Assembly: GCA_963762145.1 (NCBI GenBank) | Contig: CAVXJS010000019.1 | Location: forward strand, 320,001-384,000 | Source: an uncultured Candidatus Rokubacteria bacterium | GTDB lineage: Bacteria; Methylomirabilota; Methylomirabilia; Rokubacteriales; CSP1-6 | Length of the DNA: 64,000 nucleotides | Direction of reading: 5' to 3' | In this document: positions 52,519 to 61,289 of the stretch, piece by piece | How the letters are laid out: every line of letters begins with the position of its first letter | Position numbering within the stretch: the first letter of the stretch is position 1 | Translations under genes and position numbers: made by a program | The notes under the pieces: model-generated | Databases searched by the model: none | What the model was told of the DNA's origin: nothing | Seen by the model: only the letters and a program-made list of their open reading frames with translations

Positions 52519-53400
52519 ATGCTGCTGGCACGGGTCCTTCAGTGGTATCTGCGAAGCTCTCTACGGGGACGAACCCGGCTGACCGCGCTGGCTACCCGCC
52601 ACCTCAGATCCCTTTGGTCGGTGCCCATCCGGATCCAGGGCTGCGCTCCGCTCTACGTGGATCTCCGGTCCCCCCACGCACGGTACCTCCTGGAGGGTGA
52701 GCCATGGACCCGTGCCCCCTGGGAACCGGCCGAGCAAGCCGTCATGAGGCGTGTCGTCGCTCCCGGTGACGTCGCGCTGGACATCGGCGCAAACATCGGC
52801 GTCCACTCGGTTCTGCTCTCCGCGCTGCTGGGCCCACGAGGCCGACTCTTCATCTTCGAGCCCAACACGGAGCTCATCCGGGGCCTGCGCCGCACCGCCC
52901 TCGGGTTGGGCAATGCTTCGGTGCTCCCGTATGCGCTGTCGGACGAGACGGGTGAGCGCACCCTGTTCATCTCAACCGATGCGATGAAGACCAGTCTCGC
53001 GGACTGGACCGACCGGAGCGTGGACGGCGAGGCGCGCCCGGACACCTGCGAGCAGCGCCTCCTGGATGGTCTGGTCGCGGACGGCACGATTCCCCAGCCG
53101 GCGTTCATCAAGTGCGACGTGGAGGGTGCCGAGCTGCTGGTCTTCCGCGGCGCTCGGACGGTCCTCGACCGGCCCGATGCCCCGATCATTCTCTTCGAGG
53201 TGAACGTGCATACCGCCGCGGGATTCGGAGTCCCGATTCTGGCCGCCCGGGATTTCCTCGCCGGTCTGAGCCAGCCGCGGTATCGATTTCTCGCGGTCGG
53301 ACACCAGGGAGAGCTCGTTCCGGTCGCCACCTCCTTCCGGGCCGGCAACGTCCTGGCCGTTCCCGAGGCGAAGGCGCGGGCCTTTCCAGAGCTCGAGTAG
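52519..53400 (+). CDS. FkbM family methyltransferase
   Basis: LDIGANIG, FEPN and IKCDVEGAELLV. Confidence 0.88.
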   Translation: MLLARVLQWYLRSSLRGRTRLTALATRHLRSLWSVPIRIQGCAPLYVDLRSPHARYLLEGEPWTRAPWEPAEQAVMRRVVAPGDVALDIGANIGVHSVLLSALLGPRGRLFIFEPNTELIRGLRRTALGLGNASVLPYALSDETGERTLFISTDAMKTSLADWTDRSVDGEARPDTCEQRLLDGLVADGTIPQPAFIKCDVEGAELLVFRGARTVLDRPDAPIILFEVNVHTAAGFGVPILAARDFLAGLSQPRYRFLAVGHQGELVPVATSFRAGNVLAVPEAKARAFPELE

Positions 53401-53451
53401 GCGTCGCACTTATCTTGCTAGTCGACGCTCACGTAGCGGGGTGCGGGCAAC

Positions 53452-53661
53452 GTGACGACAATTCTCGTCACCGGTGGGCTGGATTCGACGTCAGCGGTCG
53501 CGTATACAACGTCGGCTGAGGCGGGCAGGTCAGTCTTTCGCTCCCGCGAACCCACTGAGCACTGCCGCCGTATCGCAGGAGTGTCACAAGAGCTGGGTAC
53601 CGTACCGGAGGAACGAGCGCTTGACATGTTGGAGCCGATTTTCGGCGGCGAGTCCGTCTGA
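53452..53661 (+). pseudogene. Possible collapsed NAD-dependent epimerase remnant
   Basis: VTTILVTGG then, with one base restored, AGF (TGGAGF Rossmann start); the remainder is degenerate. Confidence 0.35.
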
Positions 53662-53693
53662 GTCTCCGCAGACATAGAGGATGGGAACGGCAC

Positions 53694-54755
53694 ATGGACA
53701 TCGCGGTGGTGACGGGGGCGGCCGGCTTGGTCGGCGCCGAATCTGTGCGCTTCCTCGCCGAGCAGGGGTTGAAGACGGTTGGCATTGACAATGACATGCG
53801 CAGGTACTTCTTTGGAGAGGAAGCTTCGACCGCGTGGCAACGTCGCGAACTGGAGCAGACCGTGCCCGGCTACATCCACCACTCCACCGACATTCGCGAC
53901 CAACCGGCCGTGTTTCGTATCTTCGCCGAGTACGGCCGCGATGTCCGTCTGGTCATCCACGCGGCGGCCCAGCCCTCTCACGACTGGGCCGCGCAGGATC
54001 CGATAACAGACTTCACCATCAATGCGAACGGAACACACGTTCTCCTGGAGGCTACGCGTCAGCATTGTCCTGACGCGGTGTTCATTTTCACGTCCACCAA
54101 CAAGGTCTACGGAGACCGGCCAAATGATCTACCGCTGGTCGAAGAGGACACTCGCTGGGAAGTGGACATTACCCATCCCTATCACAAGGACGGCATCGAC
54201 GAGATGATGAGCCTCGACGCCACGACGCACTCCCTCTTCGGGGTCTCCAAAGCCGCCGCCGACCTACTCGTCCAGGAGTACGGCCGATATTTCGGCATGA
54301 AGACTGGCGTCTTTCGGGGGGGGTGTCTTACGGGGCCGGGGCATTCGGGTACGCAGCTCCACGGGTTCCTTGCCTACCTCATGAAGTGCGCGATCACCAG
54401 AACGCACTACACGGTGTTCGGCTACAAGGGTAAGCAGGTGCGCGACAACATCCACAGCCGCGACCTCGTGAACATGTTTTGGCACTTCTACGGTAGTCCC
54501 CGTCCGGGCGAGGTCTATAACGCAGGGGGATCTCGATTCAGCAACTGCTCGATGGCGGAAGCGATCAGCCTGTGCGAGCGCATCACGGGGAGGCGACTGG
54601 ACTGGTCGTATGCAGAGAACAATCGCACGGGTGATCATATCTGGTACATCAGTGACGTGCGGAAGTTCCGCCGTCACTATCCGGACTGGACCTACCGGTA
54701 CGGGCTCGAGGATATCCTGGTGCAAATTCACGACGCCCTTTCGACGCGGGGGTGA
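53694..54755 (+). CDS. NAD-dependent sugar epimerase (CDP-paratose 2-epimerase-like)
   Basis: [30 protein letters not shown] and GKQVRDNIH. Confidence 0.88.
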   Translation: MDIAVVTGAAGLVGAESVRFLAEQGLKTVGIDNDMRRYFFGEEASTAWQRRELEQTVPGYIHHSTDIRDQPAVFRIFAEYGRDVRLVIHAAAQPSHDWAAQDPITDFTINANGTHVLLEATRQHCPDAVFIFTSTNKVYGDRPNDLPLVEEDTRWEVDITHPYHKDGIDEMMSLDATTHSLFGVSKAAADLLVQEYGRYFGMKTGVFRGGCLTGPGHSGTQLHGFLAYLMKCAITRTHYTVFGYKGKQVRDNIHSRDLVNMFWHFYGSPRPGEVYNAGGSRFSNCSMAEAISLCERITGRRLDWSYAENNRTGDHIWYISDVRKFRRHYPDWTYRYGLEDILVQIHDALSTRG

Positions 54756-54855
54756 GCTGGTCCTTTCGCTGGGCGAGACGAAGAGCGGGGAGGCCATGAC
54801 GGGCGCCTGGGAGTACCCGCTCGCGCGGGTTAGTCGTGCGCCAGCCTAGCCTCCG

Positions 54856-55197
54856 CTAGCGGGCCACCGGCTCGATCACGACCGCGGTGCCGTAGCAGAG
54901 CACCTCCGTCACGCCCGCGGCCACGTCGTTGGCGTCGTAGCGCATCGCCACGATCGCGTTGGCGCCCATCTGGGCCGCGTGCTCCAGCATCAGGTCGAAG
55001 GCCTCCTGGCGCGCGCGCTCGCACAGCTCGGTGTAGAGCGTGATGTTGCCGCCGAAGAGGGTCTGGATGGTGGCGCCCAGGTTGACGATGAGGTTGCGGG
55101 ACCGCACCGTGATGCCGCGGACCACGCCGCGATAGCCCACGATCCGATGGCCCTCGAACTCGAACGCGGTCGTCACCCACTGGGGATGGACGGGCAT
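54856..55197 (-). CDS. YbjQ/UPF0145 family protein
   Basis: [13 protein letters not shown]....[23 protein letters not shown]. Confidence 0.9.
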   Translation of the reverse strand: MPVHPQWVTTAFEFEGHRIVGYRGVVRGITVRSRNLIVNLGATIQTLFGGNITLYTELCERARQEAFDLMLEHAAQMGANAIVAMRYDANDVAAGVTEVLCYGTAVVIEPVAR

Positions 55198-55203
55198 GAA
55201 TTC

Positions 55204-55237
55204 CCCCTCACCCTGCCCTCTCCCCCAGGGGAGAGGG
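55204..55237. repeat. REP-like palindrome (copy 5)
   Basis: CCCCTCACCCTGCCCTCTCCCC-ca-GGGGAGAGGG. Confidence 0.8.
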
Positions 55238-55247
55238 TGGTCGGAGA

Positions 55248-55655
55248 TTAATCGACGACCGCGACGCCTTCGATCTCGATCAGGCAGTCGTCGTCGTAGA
55301 GGCCTCGGACCTCCACGAGAGTCATGGCCGGGTAGTGCCGGCCGAAGTACTCGCGGTAGACCGCGCCGATCTCGCGCCCGCGCGCCTTGTACTCGGTCTT
55401 GGAGAGGACGAAGACGGTGAGCTTGACGATGTCGTTCATCTGGCCGGCGCGGGCAGCGACGATCGCCTTGAGGTTCTCGCAGACCTGCCGGAACTGGGCG
55501 ACGAGGTCGCCCTTGCCGACCACCTGGCCTTCCTGGTTCAGCGCGACCTGCCCGGCCATGTAGACGGTCTTGCCGCCCTGGACTTCCCAGGCGTGGGAGT
55601 AACCGGCTGGCTTCGGGAGACTCGGCGGATTGACGGCCTGCATGAGCTTGGGCAT
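55248..55655 (-). CDS. RidA/YjgF family protein
   Basis: [18 protein letters not shown] and LIEIEG. Confidence 0.9.
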   Translation of the reverse strand: MPKLMQAVNPPSLPKPAGYSHAWEVQGGKTVYMAGQVALNQEGQVVGKGDLVAQFRQVCENLKAIVAARAGQMNDIVKLTVFVLSKTEYKARGREIGAVYREYFGRHYPAMTLVEVRGLYDDDCLIEIEGVAVVD

Positions 55656-55706
55656 GGTTCCCTCTCTCCCCTGAATGGCTGCGGGCGATTATACTACCCG
55701 GGCTTC

Positions 55707-56978
55707 ATGGGTCGCCCTTTCGCGCAGGTCACGCTCGCCGACGCCGTCGGCCGTCTCCGCCCCGGCATGAAGGTGCTGCTTGCCCCGGGATGCGGTGATC
55801 CGAGCGCGCTCGTCGCCGAGATCCTGCGGCAGGCGGACCGGCTGGCTCCGCTCACGTTGATGGGCGGGCTCCGGCTCGACGACTACGCGTTCGGGGCGCC
55901 GGCCTACGCGGGCAAGGTCCGCTTCGCGACGTGGCACATGTCGCCGCGGCTCGCCGCCGCGGCGGCCCGCGGCGACGTGGACTTCGTGCCCGCGCGGTAC
56001 TTCGACACCGTGAGCCTGTTCGCGGCGGGGGGGCCCTGGGCGCCCGACGCGGTCCTGGTCCACGCCGCGCCCCTCGATCGGGGCGGATATCTGTCGCTCG
56101 GCGTCTCGGTGAGCTACCTGCTGTCCGCCGCGCGCCGGGCCCCTCTCGTGATCGCCCAGGTCAACCCGCGGATGCCGCGTACCCTGGGCAACGCCTTCCT
56201 GCATCGCTCGCAGGTGGACCTGTGGGTCCCGGTGGACCACCCGCTCCTCGAGTACCCGCCGACCCCCGTCGGCGAGGTCGAGCGGCGGATCGCCGCCTAC
56301 GTGGCGGACCTCGTCCCGGACGGCGCGACGCTCCAGGTCGGCGTGGGCTCGATCCCGCAGGCGGTGATGGAAGCGCTCGCGGGCAAGAAGGACCTGGGCG
56401 TGCACTCGCTCCTGGTCGAGCACATGCTGCCGCTGGTGCGGAGCGGGGTGATCACCAATGCGCGCAAGCGCCTGCATCCGGGCCGCATGGACGTGGGCGA
56501 GATCATGGGCACCGCCGCGCTCTTCGAGTGGAGCCACGAGAACCCGCTCGTCAACATGGAGCCGTCCGACGTCGTGCACGATCCGGAGGTGGTGGGCGCG
56601 CTCGGCGACTTCGTCTCGGTGAACTCGGCCCTGGAGGTGGACCTGCTGGGACAGGTCAACGCGGAGAGCGTGGACGGCCGGCAGGTGACCGGCATCGGCG
56701 GGCAGTTCGACTTCGTGCTGGGCGCGGCCCGGGCGGAAGGGGGGCGGTCCATCATCGCGCTGCCCGCGACCGCGAGCCGGGGCACCCTCTCGCGCATCGT
56801 GGCGCGGCTGGCCGCGGGCGCCCGGGTGACCACCCCGCGCTTCCTGGCCGACTACGTGGTGACCGAGCACGGGGTGGCGGCGTTGCGGGGAAAAAGCGAC
56901 GCCGGGCGGGCGCGGGAGCTGCTCCACGTCGCCGACCCGGCGTTCCGGGATCGTATCGAGCGCGAGATCAGGCCTTGA
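55707..56978 (+). CDS. Acetyl-CoA hydrolase/transferase family (4-hydroxybutyrate CoA-transferase-like)
   Basis: QVNPRMP, DGATLQVGVGSIP, NSALEVDL.GQ, GIGGQFDF and VTEHG. Confidence 0.88.
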   Translation: MGRPFAQVTLADAVGRLRPGMKVLLAPGCGDPSALVAEILRQADRLAPLTLMGGLRLDDYAFGAPAYAGKVRFATWHMSPRLAAAAARGDVDFVPARYFDTVSLFAAGGPWAPDAVLVHAAPLDRGGYLSLGVSVSYLLSAARRAPLVIAQVNPRMPRTLGNAFLHRSQVDLWVPVDHPLLEYPPTPVGEVERRIAAYVADLVPDGATLQVGVGSIPQAVMEALAGKKDLGVHSLLVEHMLPLVRSGVITNARKRLHPGRMDVGEIMGTAALFEWSHENPLVNMEPSDVVHDPEVVGALGDFVSVNSALEVDLLGQVNAESVDGRQVTGIGGQFDFVLGAARAEGGRSIIALPATASRGTLSRIVARLAAGARVTTPRFLADYVVTEHGVAALRGKSDAGRARELLHVADPAFRDRIEREIRP

Positions 56979-57195
56979 GCTTGTCGATCTCGGCGAAGAC
57001 CTCCTGATCCTCGGGGAAGCGGTACGTGACCTGGTTGTCGTAGATCATCTTGTCGTCGGCTTCGACGGTGAAGATGCCGCCGACGCCTTCACGCAGCTCG
57101 GACTCGATGCCGTACTTGCTCTTGATCGCGGCCTGCAAACTGGAGGCCTGAGGGAGATAGTTTCACTCGCCGCAGTACGTGATCCGGATGTGCAT
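56968..57195 (-). CDS. Rdx/SelW-family selenoprotein (CxxU), 75 aa
   Basis: MHIRITYCGE-UGA-NYLPQASSL..GGIFTV..RFP; AAGGAGG RBS; in-frame TGA at 57165-57163 followed by a hairpin. Confidence 0.88.
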
Positions 57196-57266
57196 CCGAT
57201 TCCTCCTTGGCGCCGAGTTTGCGCCGGACTGTCGCGTATGATACGAACGCCCGCGGGGACTGTCAA

Positions 57267-58247
57267 ATGACCCGACACCTCCTGATCGATTCCGACCCTG
57301 GCATCGACGACGCGCTGGCGATTCTGCTCGCTCTGCGCTCCTCCGACGCGCGGGTCGAAGCGGTGACCACCGTCGCCGGCAACGTCTCGGTGGATCGCGC
57401 GACCGCGAATGCCCGCCGCATCCTCGCGGTCGCCGCGCCCGATCCGCCGCCGCCCCTTGCCGGCGGCGCTCCGGCCCCGCTCAAGCGCGCGCTGGTGACC
57501 GCGCACCAGGTGCATGGCCAGGACGGGCTGGGGAACCTCGAGCGGTTCGTGGAGCCCAGTGGCCGCCCGCGCTACCCCGAGCCCACCTACGCGATTGAGA
57601 TGCGGTCGGGACCCGAAGTGATTCTGGACGCGGCAGATCGCTGGGGAGCCGAGCTGACCATCGTGGCCCTGGGGCCGCTGACCAACCTGGCGCTCGCGCT
57701 CCAGCAGGACCCCCGGCGGCTCGGCCGGGCCGGCCGCATCGTGGTCATGGGCGGCGCGATCGCGGTGCCCGGCAACATCACCCCGGCCGCCGAGTTCAAC
57801 TTCTACGTGGATCCGGAGGCGGCCGCGGCCGTGCTCGAGGCGGGGCTCGCGGTCGAGCTGGTGCCCCTCGACGTGACGCGACGGGTGGTCCTCGCGCAGA
57901 CGGCGCTGACCGAGCGGCTTCGCCGGTGCTCCGACCGGGTCGCCCGCTTCATTCTCGATTTCACCCTGCACGGCTTCGCGTTCGGGGCCGAGCGGGAGGG
58001 CGGGGGCATCGTGCTGCACGACCCGCTGGCCATGGCGGTGGCGCTCGACCCCTCGCTGGTGACCCTGGAGCCCGTGTGCGTCGAGGTCGAGTGCGAGGGC
58101 CGGCTCACGCGCGGGCTCTCGCTCGCCGATCGCCGCGAGATCCCCTCGCACCGGAAGCGCGCGTCCACCTGCCGGGTCGCGGTGGACGTGGACGTCGAGC
58201 GCGTGCTGGAGATGGTCCTGGAGCGCCTGTGCCCCGTCTCTGCGTGA
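57267..58247 (+). CDS. Inosine/uridine-preferring nucleoside hydrolase
   Basis: DSDPGIDD, VAGN, VHGQDG, LGPLTN, AEFN..DPEA and HDP. Confidence 0.93.
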   Translation: MTRHLLIDSDPGIDDALAILLALRSSDARVEAVTTVAGNVSVDRATANARRILAVAAPDPPPPLAGGAPAPLKRALVTAHQVHGQDGLGNLERFVEPSGRPRYPEPTYAIEMRSGPEVILDAADRWGAELTIVALGPLTNLALALQQDPRRLGRAGRIVVMGGAIAVPGNITPAAEFNFYVDPEAAAAVLEAGLAVELVPLDVTRRVVLAQTALTERLRRCSDRVARFILDFTLHGFAFGAEREGGGIVLHDPLAMAVALDPSLVTLEPVCVEVECEGRLTRGLSLADRREIPSHRKRASTCRVAVDVDVERVLEMVLERLCPVSA

Positions 58248-59155
58248 TCGGCTCCGCCAACGTGGACTTCACGGTCGCGCTGCCGCGCCTGCCTCGCGTG
58301 GGGGAGACGGTCTCGGCGGGCACGCTGCTGGTGAACCGCGGCGGCAAGGGCGCCAACCAGGCGGTGGCCGCACGGCGGCTGGGCGCCGAGGTGCGGATGA
58401 TCGGCTGCGTGGGTGACGACGACTCGGGCGGCGAGATCCGCCGGGCGCTGCTCGAGCAGGGGATCGGGGTGGACGGGCTCGTGACCACGCCGGACGCGGC
58501 CACCGGCACCGCGCTGATCTTCGTGGATCGCGAGGGGCAGAACCAGATCGGGGTCGCGCCGGGCGCGAATCACCGGCTCACCGTCGAGATGGCGCGCCGG
58601 GGGGAGGACGCCATCGCCTGGGCCGAGGTCGTGCTGTGCCAGATGGAGGTCCCGGTGCCGGTGGTCCGCTGGGCGCTCGAGACGGCGCGGCGGCACGGCG
58701 TCACCACCGTGCTCAACCCGGCGCCGGTGCAGGAGCTGTCCGACGACCTGCTCGCGCTGGTGGACTACCTGACGCCGAACGCGGGCGAGGTGATGGCGCT
58801 CACCGGCATCGAGGTGCGGGATCTCGATACGGGCCGGCAGGCGGCGGGCCGGCTCGTCGAGCGCGGGGCGGGCACCGTGATCATCACGCTGGGCGAGCAG
58901 GGGGCGCTGGTCTGCGACGGCACCGCGGTGGTGCACTTCGAGGCCTTCCCGGTGGACGCGGTGGACAGCACCGGCGCGGGCGACGCCTTCAACGGCGCCC
59001 TCGCGGTCGGTCTCGCCGCGGGCGGCAGCGTGGAGCAGATCATCCCCCTCGCGAGCGCCGCCGCCGCCCTGACCTGCACGCGCCGCGGCGCCCAGGACGC
59101 CCTCCCCACGCGCCAGGACGTCGAGCGCTTCCTGCAATCCCTCCGCAACCGCTAG
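58229..59155 (+). CDS. rbsK: Ribokinase
   Basis: GSANVD, GGKGANQA, NPAP and DSTGAGDAF. Confidence 0.93.
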   Translation: MPRLCVIGSANVDFTVALPRLPRVGETVSAGTLLVNRGGKGANQAVAARRLGAEVRMIGCVGDDDSGGEIRRALLEQGIGVDGLVTTPDAATGTALIFVDREGQNQIGVAPGANHRLTVEMARRGEDAIAWAEVVLCQMEVPVPVVRWALETARRHGVTTVLNPAPVQELSDDLLALVDYLTPNAGEVMALTGIEVRDLDTGRQAAGRLVERGAGTVIITLGEQGALVCDGTAVVHFEAFPVDAVDSTGAGDAFNGALAVGLAAGGSVEQIIPLASAAAALTCTRRGAQDALPTRQDVERFLQSLRNR

Positions 59156-59158
59156 CCT

Positions 59159-59243
59159 GGGGTCAGGTCTTGAATTACGACATTTCCGCGCCCGCGGCTT
59201 TCACCAGAGGCGAGAAGAATGTCGTAATTCAAGACCTGACCCC
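59159..59243. repeat. 85-bp element with a perfect 26-bp inverted repeat (MITE/REP-like)
   Basis: GGGGTCAGGTCTTGAATTACGACATT (59159-59184) and AATGTCGTAATTCAAGACCTGACCCC (59218-59243). Confidence 0.85.
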
Positions 59244-60398
59244 CTACTTGAGGCGGGCGCGGAGGGTGTCGACTCGGGTGACGGCTTCGCGCACGCGGGA
59301 TTCGGGGAGGGTGCCGGCGGCGATGGCGCGGGTGATGGCGGCGATCACGCGCTCCGCGGCGCGGTCGTCGTGCCGGGTGGTGTTCTGCGCGATGAGGAGC
59401 ACGTCCACGCCGGCGCCCAGCGCGAGGACCGCGGCGTCGTCGAGCCCGTAGTGCTGGGCGATGGCGCCCATCAGCAGGTCGTCGGAGACCGCCACGCCGT
59501 CGTAGTGAAGCCATCCGCGCAGGACCCGCTGCACCGTGAAGCGCGACAGCGTGGCCGGGTCCCATGGGTCGAGCCCGCGATTGAAGACGTGCGCGGTCAT
59601 GACACTGTCCGCCAGGCCCGCCGCGATCAGGCTCCGAAAGGGCGCGAGCTCGATCCGCAGCCGGGCGGTGTCGCTCACGTCGGTGAAGCCCAGGTGCGAG
59701 TCGGCGCGGCTCGAGCCGTGGCCGGGAAAGTGCTTGAGCGCGGTGAGCACGCCGGCCTCGTGCATGCCGAGCACGAAGGCGCGCGCGTGGGCGGCGACCC
59801 GTTCCGGATCCGACGAGTACACGCGCCCGAGCGCGACCACCGCCGGATTGGTCGGGTTCACCGCCACGTCCACGACCGGGGCCAGATTCCAGTTGATCCC
59901 GGCCTCGCGCAGCATCTCACCCATGCGCCGGGCCTCGGTCTGGGTGAACACCGGGTCGTCGCGCTCGCCCAGTTCCTTGGCGGGAAGGGTCGGGGGATAG
60001 CCGAGCCGCGGCGAGAGGCGCATGACGCGGCCCCCTTCCGCGTCCACCGCGATGAAGAGCGGACGGCCCACGCAGCGGGCCGCGAGGGCCTGCAGATCGC
60101 GCGTGAGCTCGGTCACCTGGGCCGGGCTCAGCATGTTGCGCGGCTGGCCCGACGCGGCGAAGCGCTCGAAGAGGAGCACGCCCCCCACCTTGACGTCGCA
60201 GACGAGGCGGCGGATCTCCTCGTTGCCCGCGACCTGGGTTCCGTTGAAGCCGATGAGGAGCAGCTCGGCGATGCGGAGCTGCGCGGGATCGGGCGCGGGG
60301 CGGGGCGTGATCAGGGCACACCCCGAGAGGACGAGCGCCGCGACGAGGGCGCCGAGGCGAAGCCGGTATCTCTCCCTCGGGGAGGGAGAGGGGGCCAT
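59244..60398 (-). CDS. GH3 beta-N-acetylhexosaminidase-like lipoprotein (NagZ-like)
   Basis: VDAEGGRV.R, NLAPVVD, KHFPGHGSSRADSH and SDDL.MGA; LSGC lipobox. Confidence 0.88.
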   Translation of the reverse strand: MAPSPSPRERYRLRLGALVAALVLSGCALITPRPAPDPAQLRIAELLLIGFNGTQVAGNEEIRRLVCDVKVGGVLLFERFAASGQPRNMLSPAQVTELTRDLQALAARCVGRPLFIAVDAEGGRVMRLSPRLGYPPTLPAKELGERDDPVFTQTEARRMGEMLREAGINWNLAPVVDVAVNPTNPAVVALGRVYSSDPERVAAHARAFVLGMHEAGVLTALKHFPGHGSSRADSHLGFTDVSDTARLRIELAPFRSLIAAGLADSVMTAHVFNRGLDPWDPATLSRFTVQRVLRGWLHYDGVAVSDDLLMGAIAQHYGLDDAAVLALGAGVDVLLIAQNTTRHDDRAAERVIAAITRAIAAGTLPESRVREAVTRVDTLRARLK

Positions 60399-61213
60399 CA
60401 GGCGCGAGTGCCGCGGGCGGCCGCGACGAGACGGCGGACGCGCTCGACGTCCACCGGGTTCGACAGCCGCCCGTCCCGCTTGATCGACGTGCCCACGATC
60501 ACCGCGTCGGCCACCGAGAGCAGCTCGGCGACCGTCTCCGGCGAGGCCCCGCTTCCCACGAGGAGCGGCGCTTCCGGCACCGCGCCGCGCACCCGCTTGA
60601 GGTCGGCCATCGGGGTGGGCTCGCCGGTGGCCACGCCCGAGACCACGAGGGCGTCGGCCAGCCCGCGCGCGTAGCAGTCGCGTGCCTCCTGCTCGAGGGG
60701 CATCGGCGCCAGCGGCAGGCCGTGCTTGGCCTGCACGTCGGCCAGGATCCCGATGTCCAGCCCGAGAAGCCGCCGGTACCGCAAGGTATCGTGCGCGTCC
60801 GACTCGATGATGCCCTGGTCGGCGGCCACCGCGCCCACGTGGACGTTCACGCGCACGAAGCGCGCGCCGGTGGCCGACGCCACCGCGAGGGCCGAGCGCA
60901 CGTCGTTCTTGAGCACGTTGACGCCGACCGGCAGCGAGAGCGCGCGACGGATCTCGGCGACCGCGACCGCCATGCCGGCCACCGTGGCCGCGTCCACCCG
61001 CCGGGCGGTGAAGGGCACGTCGCCGTGATTCTCCACGAGGAGCGCGTCGGCGCCGCCCTCGGCCAAAGCGCGCGCGTCGTCCAGCGCCGCGCGGACGAGC
61101 GCGGGCATGTCGCCGTCCCAGCGCGGACTGCCCGGCAGCGCGCGCAAGTGCACCATCCCGATCACGGCGCGAGGTGTGCCGGGCGGCAAACCGAGGACGC
61201 GCGCGAGCGTCAT
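60398..61213 (-). CDS. BtpA/SgcQ family protein
   Basis: IGMVHL.ALPG, EN.GDVPF, GVNVL.ND, ADVQAKH, VSG.ATG and GTSIK. Confidence 0.9.
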   Translation of the reverse strand: MTLARVLGLPPGTPRAVIGMVHLRALPGSPRWDGDMPALVRAALDDARALAEGGADALLVENHGDVPFTARRVDAATVAGMAVAVAEIRRALSLPVGVNVLKNDVRSALAVASATGARFVRVNVHVGAVAADQGIIESDAHDTLRYRRLLGLDIGILADVQAKHGLPLAPMPLEQEARDCYARGLADALVVSGVATGEPTPMADLKRVRGAVPEAPLLVGSGASPETVAELLSVADAVIVGTSIKRDGRLSNPVDVERVRRLVAAARGTRA

Positions 61214-61258
61214 GGGAAAAAAGGATAGCACGCGCCGGGAATCCACCACGCCGGGGAA

Positions 61259-61286
61259 GGCGTCAAGTGGAGCTATACTTGACGCC
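61259..61286. promoter_or_regulatory. Operator-like palindrome over the MFS -10 box
   Basis: GGCGTCAAGT-N8-ACTTGACGCC, overlapping TATACT at 61274-61279. Confidence 0.55.
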
Positions 61287-61289
61287 GTG

